Under the pieces are notes generated by a model that was not told the origin of the DNA, did no database searches, and saw nothing but the letters and a program-made list of their open reading frames with translations. The position numbers and the translations under genes were made by a program. From Tetramitus jugosus (taxonomy: Eukaryota > Protista > Heterolobosea), in the NCBI GenBank assembly GCA_937625935.1, contig OW569382.1:62001-126000 (forward strand): a stretch of DNA of 64,000 nt, read 5' to 3'. Positions within the stretch are counted from its first letter, which is position 1. Every line of letters begins with the position of its first letter. Positions 11,098-22,424 of this stretch are shown piece by piece.

Positions 11098-12204
11098 TTA
11101 AGAGTTCATGATGTCAGTGCAGAGTTCAATGATTCTCTTGGAGCTCACCATCTCAGCAATCTTCTTAATATCACCAACATTCTCCTTGTTGATATTCTTC
11201 ATAATCATGGATTCGCATTCCACTTGCAAATCTTCCAACAAAAACTTGTGTGCCAGAATCCAGACACCAACAACATCATTGACATCGACATCGAATTCGC
11301 GAGTGTAGACGTACTTGAGAATAGCCAACATTTGCTCTTCAGTTGCATCATCAATCACAATTCTCATTGTTCTCTTTTCTTCATTGTCGACATCACCCAA
11401 CAACATACCATGGAAGTACTTGCATGCGGATGTCAAGATCACAGCGTGACACTTGACAAGTGATTCAGTGTCGTCACCTCTGCACACAAGAGTCAAATCA
11501 GTCATGTCAGAGTCTCCGGAACGCAAGTTTTCGAACGCATATTTCATGTTCTTCCACCAGGTGGACTCTGGAATGGCAAGATTCTTGGTCTTGTCCAAAT
11601 AAGTCTCAGCGATAATCTCAAGTCTCTTGAGACCGAGGTACTTTGCTGCTTCCTTGGTTTCCTTGATCACATCTGGGTCAGTGTCCTTATCCCAGCTAAA
11701 ATATTTGTTTGTTTTATTTGAACAGACAGAAAAAGAGAAAATTCAGTCAGTTGGTCATTCAATTGAAAGGATTGACAAATTTGATACAATCAAAATATTG
11801 TTATATCTGGTGATCATCAGAGGAGAAGTTGGAATACACTGGTGGTAGGAGGTGACCTGAAACATTGAACAAGCTCTTCACATTCAAGTATTGTGTGAAT
11901 AGAAGAAAAGGCTCATTCAACTGTCGTAGGATTACATATTGGACCAAAAATATATATTCATCAGTGACACCCACACCCACACGAGCTATCATATCTTCTC
12001 TTCTGTGATTTCGTCCAAATATCTCTTCCATTTTGTTGTGTGCTTTGGAAAATCTTACCTCACTTTGTCAGTGTACAAATATTCAAGAACTTCTTTGAAT
12101 GCCTTGTTGGTCACTCTCTTGTCAAGAACGATTTGAATTCTGCCCTCTGGTGTAGTTGTGATGCTGCTGCCACTGGTATTGATTGTAACTTCTTGTTCAG
12201 TCAT
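11098..12204 (-). CDS. BTB/POZ domain protein; exons 12204-12059 and 11695-11098, 363-nt intron 11696-12058
   Basis: 'AFKEVLEYLYTDK' splices (GTAAGA...TTTAG) in frame to 'VSWDKDTDPDVIKE'. Second BTB: 'TDLTLVC...KCHAVILTSACKYFHGML...ILKYVYT'. Spliced length 744 nt. Confidence 0.85.
11803..12022 (-). ncRNA. Candidate intronic structured RNA (long branched hairpin, unclassified)
   Basis: Manual pairing on the minus strand: ATATTTGG/CCAGATAT, CAGA-A-GAGAAG/CTTCTC-C-TCTG, GGTG/CACC, CTGA/TCAG, TTGAATGAGC/GCTTGTTCAA, TTCACA/TGTGAA. Contains two CTGATGA motifs. Confidence 0.35.
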
Positions 12205-12768
12205 TGTTGTTGTTGTTTTGATGGTGTTGATGATTCTTGCTTTTTTCGATGATGGGAGCTGATGATTCTCTCGTTGTTCTTCAAGCAATTTAGTTCAAAG
12301 TTGTATCTTGGTTTTGTTCCGCATCAAGTGTTCATCACGGTACCCATTCTTGCACCAACGGAGGTACCAGAACTAGATGCAAGAACATCGGGTTTTTTTG
12401 TTGTAATTTCAGTTGACTACTTTACAACAATATTTGCCCCAAAAATAACTGGAGGAGAAATAGATTTACAGTTGTATGGAGGCCTGAACACCAACATGGG
12501 TGGTTAGTTGGAAGAAAGATTGGCTCACTTTTCTTCTAGTGAAGAATAACTGAACTTGGAAGAAGTTGAGCCGGAATCTAAGGAAAAAGATGGAGGAATC
12601 AACATTCATTGGCCAATCCACACCTACAGCTCGAATAATTGATCAGTATTCTGTTTTTTTACCGCGCTTTTTCGGATTCATCTGTTCGGGAAAAAAGCTG
12701 ACGCAGAATTTTCTGGAATAAACGAAAAGCCTGAAACAACAAATCACACAAAGACCTGATTGATAACC

Positions 12769-12993
12769 ATGTCCAATGATCAACAGCAATCAGGGTTAGC
12801 TCCAACGAGCAGTCATGATCCCATGCAAGTTGATAACAATGATGCGACATTATCCAATGCAAGTGAAACAGCTGATCAACAACAAGAAGAACATAATACA
12901 GAAATTGAACACAACAGCGAAGAAGAAGAAGACGACGTTGACGACGAAGAAGAAAATAACAATGATGATGATGATGAAGCAGAAGAAGAAGGC

Positions 12994-13025
<32 letters not shown>

Positions 13026-16000
13026 TGATAGCGACCAAGAGTTCACACCAGATGATGAAATTGAACGGAAACAGAGAGTCAAAATTGACGAGATGAGAAA
13101 GGAGCAATTGAAACGATTACAAAAATTGAAGAGTGATCAGACTAGTGGTGGAAAGATGGGTGATCGTTTCAAGTACCTGCTGGAACAGACTGAAGTTTTT
13201 GCTCATTTTATGGCTTATGGTGGTGGAATGAATACTGGATCAAAGAATAAGCGTGGTGGTGCTCAACATCGAAAGGGAATGTTGGAGAAGGAGGAGGATG
13301 AAGAGTTGTTGAGAGAGACAGCAGCAGACTCACAAAAAATTCGGACTGTAACTGTTTCGCCTTCATGTATGTGCGCTCGCTCTTTTTTTGATTGTGTCAA
13401 TGAGTTGTGTTATGTACTAACGACATGTGATTCGTTTTAATATCAATGTAGTTATTGAAAATACGACCATGAGAAATTATCAGTTGGATGGTTTGAATTG
13501 GTTGATCAAGTTGTACGACAATGGAGTGAATGGAATTTTGGCTGATGAGATGGGTTTAGGAAAAACGTTGCAAACTATTGCCTTCTTGGCATATTTGAAA
13601 CATGTGAGAAAGATTAGTGGACCTCATCTGGTTATTGTACCAAAGAGTGTCATTCCAAATTGGGTCAATCAGATGAAGCAATGGTGTCCTTCTCTTTCAG
13701 TCCTCAAATTCCATGGTAATAAGGACGAGAGAAAGGAGATGATTGCTACGAAGCTCAAGAAGGGAAAGTTTGAAGTTTGTGTCACATCGTTTGAAGTAGC
13801 CATTCGCGAAAAGATGGCTTTGAATAGATTTAATTGGAGATATTTGATTATCGATGAAGCTCACAGAATTAAGAACGAGAATTCAATTTTGGCACAGTGC
13901 GTTAGATTCTTCTCTAGTCAGTATAGACTGTTGTTGACTGGTACTCCATTACAGAATAATTTGCATGAACTATGGGCTTTGTTGAACTTTTTGTTGCCCG
14001 AAGTATTTGATAATGCAGAGGATTTTGACGCATGGTTCAATTTGAAGGAGGGCGCAGCGGAAACCGAAATTATTGATCAATTGCATAAAGTTTTGAAGCC
14101 TTTCCTGCTGCGTCGTCTGAAGAATGAAGTCGAGGCTACCATTCCTCCAAAGAAGGAGATTTATGTGGAGTGTGGTATGTCCAAGATGCAGAGAACATGG
14201 TATAAGAGTATTCTGACAAAGGATATCAATACTCTGAAGGGAGGAGAAAATTTGAGATTGCTAAACATTGTTATGCAGTTGAGAAAGTGCTGCAATCATC
14301 CATACTTGTTTGATGGAGCCGAACCAGGACCCCCATTCGAGTTGGGAGACCATTTGATTGATAACTCTGGTAAGATGGTGTTGTTGCATCGTTTGCTGAA
14401 GAAATTGCAAGAACAAGGATCTAGAGTTTTGATTTTTAGTCAAATGACTAGAATGTTAGATATTTTAGAAGATTATTTATATTATATGGGTTACTTGTAT
14501 TGTAGAATCGATGGTCAAACCGATGCAGATCTTCGTGAACAGTACATGGACGATTTCAACCGACCAGGCAGCGACAAGTTTATATTCTTGCTTTCAACGA
14601 GAGCAGGTGGTTTGGGTATTAATCTTGCCACTGCTGACACTGTCATTATTTTCGACAGTGATTGGAATCCTCAGGCTGATTTGCAAGCGCAGGATCGTTG
14701 CCATCGTATCGGTCAAAAGAAGCCTGTGCGTGTCTTCCGTTTCATCACGAAGGACTCCATTGAGGAGAAGATTTATCAGAGAGCTGTCAAGAAATTGTAT
14801 CTAGATGCTGTTGTGATTCAACAAGGTCGTTTGGCAGAGCAAGAGAAAAAGTTATCAAAGACTGAACTCTTAGGCATGATTAAGTTTGGCGCTGAGGAGG
14901 TTTTTCGTTCTACCGAGAGTACCATCACTGATGAAGATATTGATCTCATTTTGGACAGAGGTGAGAAGAAGCAAGAGGAAATTGATAAGCTTTACAAACA
15001 GACATCTCAAAACAACTTGTTGAACTTTTCATTGGCTGAAGATGCAAACTTGTATGAATTTGAAGGATTGGATTACTCACTAAAACCAACAAAGAGTCTC
15101 GTGATTGATGGTATAACAGAAGAGACAACTGAGGAAACATTACAAAAGGAGGCTGGTGAACAGGCAAAGCTATTGGAGGATATTATTATATCCTATGGAA
15201 AGAAGAGTGCCATATTGTACTTTAAGAACAAATTGGCCGCATCAAAGACGATGGAGGCTCTGAAAGAACACAAAGGGTGGAAGGTCAAGTTCTGTAAAAG
15301 AAATGATCCTTTCATTCAACAGTTAGAGGCAATTGCAGAAGAGGAAGAACCGTCTCGTGTGGCTAGGCGAAGAACAACTCGAGGAGAGTCTGATTTTTTG
15401 GCTGACAAGAGAGGCAAGGGACCAAAGTATCATGATTATCAATTCTTGAATGCCAAGAGATTGGATGATATTGAGGCCAGGGAAGCTGAACTGAAGGAAA
15501 AGAACGAGAAAGAATCCGAAGCGGATGGTGAGTTAGACGTGAGCAGCGAACTGGAACAGTTGGAAAATGAAAAGAAGAAACTTCTAGAGGCTGGTTTTCC
15601 ACACTGGACAAGAAAGGACTTCCATGCGTTCTTGAAAGGATGCGAAAGATATGGTCGCAGAGAAATTAAAATGATCGCAACTGAGGTGGAAGGCAAGTCT
15701 GAGAAGCAAGTTCGTGCCTACTCGAAAGTCTTCTGGAAGAGATACAAGGAGATCCAAGAATATGATAAGATAGTGAAGAGAATCGAAAAGGGTGAAAGTG
15801 CCTTGCAAAAGGTCGGTAACAATAATCTGATGCTCAAATGGAAGACACAGCAATACAAGAACCCATGGGCCGAGATGCGGTTCCAGTATGGTAACAATAA
15901 GGGCAATTTCTCTGAAGATGAAGATCGTTATATTGTTTGCATGACTGCTAAGTTTGGATATGGTGCCTGGGATGAAGTAAAGACCGAAGTGAGAAACTGT

Positions 16001-16216
16001 TGGGAGTTCAGATTTGATTGGTTCTTTAGGTCTCGAACATCTGATGAAATTAAGAGACGTTGTGACACACTGATCCGATTGATCGAAAAGGAGTATAGAC
16101 CAGAGGCAGAAGTCGATGAAGGAGACTCTGACGATGAACTTCAAGCAAGTACAAGCAAGCGAAAGCGATCCTCTTCGGATGCTGGTTCAAATGGTGCCAA
16201 GAAGTTGAAAGTGTAA
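12769..16216 (+). CDS. ISWI: ISWI/SNF2H-family chromatin-remodelling ATPase; intron 13367-13451
   Basis: GILADEMGLGKT, DEAH, HELICc (LSTRAGGLGINL, QAQDRCHRIGQ) and HAND-SANT-SLIDE (FDWFFRSRT). The GTATGT...TACTAAC...TAG intron joins the two track ORFs. Confidence 0.96.
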
Positions 16217-16367
16217 ATAGGTATCACTTCATTATTGTTTCATATAAATATTTCTTCTCTTATGTTGCCCATTCTTCTATTATCACACAAACAACGTGAG
16301 TCGATTGAAGTTGGCGATTGCTTCCTGCTTTTTGGTGTTTGGTACATGTGGAGATGCAAGAATATGC

Positions 16368-17780
16368 TTAAGTCTGCGAGTTGCTGCCTTGAGTTGGTTC
16401 GGAACCTTCGGCGATGCTCGAAGGAGATGGCCTTGTCTCTGTGTACTGCTTAAAGGCGTAGTGATCGTTCAATAACTGAGTGAAGGTTGTACGAATATCA
16501 ATATTCTCAGTTCCTGATCTTTGTTCTTTCTCTGTTTCTTTGGCGTTGAACACAAGCTTCCAGTCTTGATCTTCATTTTGTTCGATTTCAGTTTGCTTCT
16601 CATCCTTTTGTTTTGTTGGTTGTCCTAGTTGTTGCACGTTTGCAAAATGTTCTTCGAGCATGGTCATGTACATGTCATGCCCTTGACCCAAAAGCTCATC
16701 ACGTGCCTGTCTTTTCTGCTGTTTGATGGTTGCAGTTTTAGCTATGGGTTGTGGTGCGCTTACCACAGACGCTGGGATGAACTCACCTCTTAAGAAAAAT
16801 AATTCATTTTGTACAATCTCCTGCATCAGACTATTCACTGTTCGTCCCTTAAAGTTTTTGAGCAAAGATACTGCGGCGAGCCAAATGATGTCCATTCGAG
16901 CTTCTTCATATGACGACTCACTATTCGTGTCGTTTTCCCTGGGAATACTACTCTGGTGAGTATCGCCACTGTCCGTACTATCAGGTTCTTGCTTGTTTTT
17001 GAGAGTGAGAAACGACATGTTCAAAAATTGATTCCACTCCCAATACTTGCTTTCCTCTTGCATTAGAGATTTCAATTGATTCAACTGAACAAAACAAGTG
17101 CACAGGTACTTTGGAAACATAAGTCTGTTCTGAATTGATTCTCTCATCAATTCATGATTCGTCATTCGCTTCTTAAACAAGGAGAGGCACTTGTGGTTCA
17201 AGTCAACGCACAGTGTTTGATCGAGAAACGGAAAGTAAACTTGACTCTGGTAATGAAGTTTTCTGTTGGATCCTCTTTTTTCGTCCAACGTATCAAACAA
17301 GTTCAATTGATAAGAATGAACGGATGATTGCTCTTGTGGTTCTGTTTCTTCTTTGTCAGTCTTCTCTTGATTCACCCAATTACTCTCAAAGGATTGAGTT
17401 TCATTGAGCATACTGATCAAGTAGTTATGACTCGTGATCAACAGAGTATAGTATTGAATGTGAACTTGCTCCAGGAGTTCATTCAATTCGTTGATCATTC
17501 TGTTTGTTTGTAAGCTTCGCATTACATTGGGTTCAAACACCTTATCAAACAGATTGACAAGGGCAATGTTATCAACAATGTCCAGTCTCGTTCGATACAA
17601 GGTTCTCTCAATTTGAGTTCTTTGTTTTTTGTAAAGAACTCCTGCATTTATTTTTTTCTTGACCTTCTTCTTTGTCTCCTTGATTTCTTGGTCATAAACA
17701 TCAAAGAACTGGAGATCATCACTTTGAGTGCATTGCTCACATACGCGAAAAAGAACCTCTTGCCAATTCTCCATCAACAT
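16368..17780 (-). CDS. Hypothetical protein (470 aa)
   Basis: Long ORF converging on ISWI; no family recognised. Confidence 0.7.
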   Translation of the reverse strand: MLMENWQEVLFRVCEQCTQSDDLQFFDVYDQEIKETKKKVKKKINAGVLYKKQRTQIERTLYRTRLDIVDNIALVNLFDKVFEPNVMRSLQTNRMINELNELLEQVHIQYYTLLITSHNYLISMLNETQSFESNWVNQEKTDKEETEPQEQSSVHSYQLNLFDTLDEKRGSNRKLHYQSQVYFPFLDQTLCVDLNHKCLSLFKKRMTNHELMRESIQNRLMFPKYLCTCFVQLNQLKSLMQEESKYWEWNQFLNMSFLTLKNKQEPDSTDSGDTHQSSIPRENDTNSESSYEEARMDIIWLAAVSLLKNFKGRTVNSLMQEIVQNELFFLRGEFIPASVVSAPQPIAKTATIKQQKRQARDELLGQGHDMYMTMLEEHFANVQQLGQPTKQKDEKQTEIEQNEDQDWKLVFNAKETEKEQRSGTENIDIRTTFTQLLNDHYAFKQYTETRPSPSSIAEGSEPTQGSNSQT

Positions 17781-17945
17781 GATTTGTTTACGATCTCATT
17801 GAGGTCGTTTTTTTTGTCACCACAACACATCGCAAAAAAACAAGAAATTTGTTCTCGCACACCCACTCACAAAAAAAAGTTTAAGAAAAATTGAGCAACC
17901 ACAAAGGTTGTTTCATTTTGCACAAACAATAATAAAAACTTTATT

Positions 17946-19044
17946 TCAGTTCTGCTCCTTTTCACAGTCGATTACAGTGAACTCGGAAACAACATTGAAA
18001 TCCTTGCTCCTTTCTAAACAAATTTCATGGTCTCCTTCAACGTAAAACAGTTTCACATCACCGTCAACAATCTCCTTCGCTTCAACGACGAGTTCATCAA
18101 ATGAACTACAAACAACTTTCCATTTTTTCTCGCCAAATCGAAGGAACAAGCATTTCTTATTCAATTCATCACCTATATCACCACTGCCTCTCTTGATCAA
18201 CTTTGTACAGAGTTGAATTAATGCTGCATATTCTTTTGTGACATTCATCATCTCTCTTTGGTTGCTAGCATAATTGATACACGATTTTGCTTGCTCCGAT
18301 GCGATAGAGTTATTTCTAAAAATCGATTCTTCATATCTTTTGTTTCTATTTAGTGCCTGGCTTGATTCTACAATATCGTCAGATAATTGAGAGACATCAG
18401 ACACCATTGTTGATGTACTATAACACAATACATTTTCGTCTTCAAGTAACAGGACAAAAGCTTCATCAAGAGTGGATTCACATTCACAAAAAATTCTCCA
18501 TTGATCGTGGGGCCAAGGAATAATCTCACCTTCACCTTCAATCCCCAGAGCATCCTTCGGTATGTTCAACGCTTTGACCGGTTTTGGTAATTTAGTAGTT
18601 TCCTCCCCACGCCCGAATATAGATTTCAGGGGGAAGAGAATATCTTGAATTTTTTCTCTTTGATCTTCGTACCTCGCCAGTTCAATGCTGCTAGAGCAAC
18701 GGCTTTGTTATTGATCATCAGTACAATCTCGTCCCCATTTTCAACATCATCTGCATCATTGGTGATGGTTTTTCTCCACGAAGAAAAAGCTGTAGATATC
18801 TTCTTCTTATAATCAGTCGCGTCTCTCTCTGGAAATCCCTTTTTAGCCATCTCTTCTCCAATACGGAACGTATGTCCCTTCACAACGGCTCTAATCGCAG
18901 CTTCAACCTCCGAGTGGTGTAGTTAGGGCCTCTTTTTCTTTTTTCTTCTTGTGAGGACTGGATAGTTGATTGTCTTTTCGAAGGACTCTTAGATGCTGTG
19001 TTGCTCTTCTCCTTCCCTTTCTCCTTGGTCTTCCCTTTGATCAT
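17946..19044 (-). pseudogene. Harbinger Myb/SANT (trihelix)-like DNA-binding gene with two apparent frameshifts (~18915, ~18652)
   Basis: Reconstructed: MIKGKTKEK...KRKRGPNYT / HSEVEAAIRAV...IGEEMAKKGFPERDATDYKKKI...WRK / KIQDILFPLK...WPHDQW...CEKEQN. The ATG overlaps the 3' end of the transposase gene. Confidence 0.65.
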
Positions 19045-20278
19045 CTATTGTGGTTGTTTGGTTTTCACAAACCCGGGAGAATTTTTGCCTGAGATGCTCA
19101 TCAAAATTCCCAACGGATTCGGGGGTGCGAATCGGATGTTGTTGTAAAAATCTATTCGTCAAACATGCACAAACCATTGCTACAACTGGCAATAATGCGA
19201 TATTATAACGAAACCGGGAGGCCAAAATCTCATAGCGCTTGATAAATCCGATTGTACATTCGACAATCACGTGCTCCACTTTTTGGAAATGTGAAAGTAA
19301 ATCGTCCTCCTTCAAGTCATCAGGCGTCACCAATGATAACCCAAGATCCTTCGCTCGGAATCCTCCGTCAGCACAAAGTTTTTTCCCTTCTGGTAAAAGG
19401 GATATGATGTTGGATAATGACAAGATTAGTTGGTCATTTGATGAGCCACGATAACCAACAGACATGTGAATAATATTACCACAGCGATCGACAGTGATTT
19501 GACCAATGATGGCGTGTCCCTTGTCTTTCCGATAATACCGACTTTGGTCATATCGTGTCCGACCAACCTTGAAATGTGAGTGATCCACAGATCCCACTGT
19601 ACCAAGAAGGGGATGTGGACTGTTCCAGTTCCGAGGAATTTTAATGGTGTCCCTTTCAGTAACAAAAATGGCCTTGGAGTACCCAAAGTTTACTTGAATG
19701 GCAGAAAGTTTACATGATTGCCTGAGGATCATTAAACATGCAAGTAGACGATTGGCTGGAGAGAGTCGGTTCGTATATGGTGTCTTTCTCTTTCTTTGGA
19801 TGGACTGAGATAAAAAATGAGCATTTTTTGGAGCCATTATTTTCTCCTTTGTTCTTTCAAGAAGTTCCAAGAAGTCTTGATGAGACATACCAGTGTATGG
19901 TATGAAAAGATGAGGTGTCTCACTCAAAATTGAATAGAAGTCCTTTCGAACGATCAATTTCTTCCTTTTTCTCAAGAAAGAATTGCCTTTGCCAATACCT
20001 GGTAATGTTGCCTTTTGAAACAACTTCTTTACTTTATTTGTTGGGTGTGGTAGTTGAATTAGTAGTGGTGGTGGTGTTCTTGATAAGATGTGAAGTATGT
20101 ATTTGGTATTTTTTGATAATGGTTGTCGTTGTTGTTGGATTAATTGTCGTAGATATTTCATGTCTTGTGATAATGAATGGAGTTGAAATGATATGATTGT
20201 GTCAGTATGAATGGATTCGCTGAATAGACTATTCGATGTTTGTGGTGGTGGAGGTAGATGTAAGAGTATATTTTCCAT
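18989..20278 (-). CDS. PIF/Harbinger (DDE_Tnp_4, HARBI1/ISL2EU-like) transposase
   Basis: HTH region 'YTGMSHQDFLELLE...LSPANRLLACLMILRQ'. Catalytic D (GSVDHSH), 'GSSND', D (LCADGGF) and E (VIVECTIGFIKRYEIL). First ATG at 20278; the track ORF opens at 20395. Confidence 0.9.
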   Translation of the reverse strand: MENILLHLPPPPQTSNSLFSESIHTDTIISFQLHSLSQDMKYLRQLIQQQRQPLSKNTKYILHILSRTPPPLLIQLPHPTNKVKKLFQKATLPGIGKGNSFLRKRKKLIVRKDFYSILSETPHLFIPYTGMSHQDFLELLERTKEKIMAPKNAHFLSQSIQRKRKTPYTNRLSPANRLLACLMILRQSCKLSAIQVNFGYSKAIFVTERDTIKIPRNWNSPHPLLGTVGSVDHSHFKVGRTRYDQSRYYRKDKGHAIIGQITVDRCGNIIHMSVGYRGSSNDQLILSLSNIISLLPEGKKLCADGGFRAKDLGLSLVTPDDLKEDDLLSHFQKVEHVIVECTIGFIKRYEILASRFRYNIALLPVVAMVCACLTNRFLQQHPIRTPESVGNFDEHLRQKFSRVCENQTTTIDDQREDQGEREGEEQHSI

Positions 20279-20375
20279 GTGGTGATGTTCTTCATTTTTG
20301 ATGGTCCTATTGTTGAGAATCTCCGTTGGACGATCCAATTTCTCCGATTTCACGAAAAGTCGTATTACACGAAAA

Positions 20376-20912
20376 ATGTCAGTTGCACCCAACACTGTTC
20401 ATGCCGATGGAGAGCACACCGAAAGATCAGATGATGAGATCAAAATGATCAACCTCATCTGTGAACAATTTATTACAAATATGCAGAGGTATTTTAATAT
20501 AGGTGTTGGTATCACTCTGTATTCAGAGTCACCAACATTCTATAACGTTTGCTGGTCAACAGCTGGTCAGAATCGCCAGCACAAATATCCTCTCTATCTG
20601 TTGCGCGAGATTGCCCCTCTTGACTATGATGAAGATACCAATAAAATAGTCTCGGTCGAAGGTGCAAAAAAATTTTTGGTCAGCGGGTTGAGTGATGGCG
20701 CCTCCTCCAGTCGGGACTTGAGGATTTTCATGGCGGTAAAATTTCTTGAAAGCAACGGTTATGATGCATCGTCTTTTATTGATTTGAATAGATATTGGCG
20801 ACTCCAGCAATTTCATTCATTTTGTTGCCATATTAACCAACTGGTTCTTGGTTGTTCCATTGGAAATCCGGGTACCTTTTTTTTACGAAAGTGTCGGCAT
20901 CCGTTTATGTGA
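20376..20912 (+). CDS. Unknown transposon-borne ORF3, divergent from the transposase
   Basis: Alignable along its length with the element-2 ORF (SESPxFYNxxWSTxGQxRxHKYPL; RDLR...FLE; WRLxQ...GxPGxFF). Confidence 0.75.
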   Translation: MSVAPNTVHADGEHTERSDDEIKMINLICEQFITNMQRYFNIGVGITLYSESPTFYNVCWSTAGQNRQHKYPLYLLREIAPLDYDEDTNKIVSVEGAKKFLVSGLSDGASSSRDLRIFMAVKFLESNGYDASSFIDLNRYWRLQQFHSFCCHINQLVLGCSIGNPGTFFLRKCRHPFM

Positions 20913-21681
20913 AGTACTACAGAGAAAGGGTGGTTGGTGATGATGGTTCGTTTGTTGATCAAGTTGTACGAGAGATTGTGTCAATGATAAAAAATCATAA
21001 TAAAATGTAATAAATTGTTTTATTGCTAAGTACTTGTGTTGTTGTGTGCGAATTGATCCCAATGAAACAAGTGACGATGATTTTGAACGGAGGATAGGTG
21101 TTCATCAGTGTAATATTTATTGTTCACCGTAATTTGTTGTGTCATCGTAATGTTGGTTGTGGTGACGATGTTGGCCGTTGTTGATGAATTTATCATTCAA
21201 TATTTCATCACATGAGTATTGCTCAATGTTGTGTCCACGTTAGTGTTTGTTTGTCGGTGGTGTGGTGGGAAATGTGATTATACAGGTCACGTTCGGTGGG
21301 GAAGAGATCTTTCTCCATCTACATGCTGTTAGTTCATGGTGTTGGTTGTTTCTTCTAGGTACTTCAGTATTGTTGGGTTGAATAGTTGATTCTGCAGCTG
21401 TCATTTTTGGTTGAGGATTTGTGGTTGTGATGTGTGAAGCTGTTTGTTGGTGTTTGATTTGGTTTGGTTTGGTGAAAATGGAACGGTTTTTGGGTGCGAC
21501 TCAAATGCCATACAAATTGTTTATTCTGTGTTGCTACCACAAAAAAACGACCTCATTGAGGGTTTTTCTTTTTACGACGAAGCACAAACCAAAAAAACAT
21601 CCTGGTTGTGTTTGCAAATTTTTTGATTTGTGATGCGCCAACAAAACACAAAAACTGTTTCCTTTTGACACAAACAAAACT

Positions 21682-22335
21682 TTATTTAATAAAAATGGTG
21701 CAATCCTCTTCAATTGTCTCAAAGTCTCTCTCATCTTGAACAACGATTTGAACACCATTTTTTTCGTAGTATAGGTCAACGAGCCCATCATCATTCATCC
21801 CACATGCCAAACATTCAAGATCACGAAAACTCTGCACCTTCACGTATTTTGTTAATGTTCCATTTTTCAGAAACACTTTCTTCTCATCCTGATAGTCCAA
21901 ATCAGTCAGTTTTGCCAATGCATGTCGACACATCTTGAGCAAGGATGCATATTCTTTAGTTTCATTTAACATCTGTACTTGATTCGAAGCGTAACTCACA
22001 TATGAAAACGCTTGTTCTTTGGCCACATCATTGTTTCTTGTAACGGCCATTGGATACTTATCATTCGAAGATAGAGACGATTGGCTTTCTTGAATACTTC
22101 CAGCAAGTTCATCTTCATCATTGGCGAGAACCGTACTGGTATTTGCGAGGATATTTTCGTCTTCGATTAACTTGAGGTATGCAGAAAATAATGGATTATC
22201 TTCTTCAATCCATGCTCTGACTTGATCATGTGGCCACGCAATAGGTATACGCTCACCTTCATCACCTTTAGCATCACCCAAAGTAACAACGTCTCCAGCA
22301 GGCTTGGGAATACAGGTACTATCTTTTCCATTCAT
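21682..22335 (-). CDS. C-terminal part of the Myb-partner protein, element-2 homologue of 17946-18569
   Basis: Shared WPHDQ, EDENxL, ESxxxLxxNxxY, NNxxAxEQA, YASNQ and TKEYA motifs. Confidence 0.65.
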   Translation of the reverse strand: MNGKDSTCIPKPAGDVVTLGDAKGDEGERIPIAWPHDQVRAWIEEDNPLFSAYLKLIEDENILANTSTVLANDEDELAGSIQESQSSLSSNDKYPMAVTRNNDVAKEQAFSYVSYASNQVQMLNETKEYASLLKMCRHALAKLTDLDYQDEKKVFLKNGTLTKYVKVQSFRDLECLACGMNDDGLVDLYYEKNGVQIVVQDERDFETIEEDCTIFIK

Positions 22336-22424
22336 ATAAATGGATTGTAACTAAACGGTCATAATGAGAGAAGTGATGAGGAAATAAATAATATTAATCA
22401 AATTTGTGAACTTTTTCCCATACA

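Larger units (their letters stand above)
17801..21554. mobile_element. PIF/Harbinger-type DNA transposon, element 1 (3754 bp; transposase + Myb-like gene + third ORF)
   Basis: TIRs GAGGTCGTTTTTTT(T)GT...CAACACA at 17801 and inverted ending at 21554. 3-bp TSD ATT at 17798-17800 and 21555-21557. Contains a DDE_Tnp_4-like transposase. Confidence 0.9.

Noticed and set aside
11967-11982. ACACCCACACCCACAC resembling the yeast telomerase template
   Set aside because: Short low-complexity match with no other telomerase RNA feature evident.
11803-12022. Hammerhead ribozyme (GGACGAAA plus CTGATGA motifs)
   Set aside because: Stems I, II and III cannot all be formed around either CTGATGA: core-proximal pairs mismatch, or stem III is absent.
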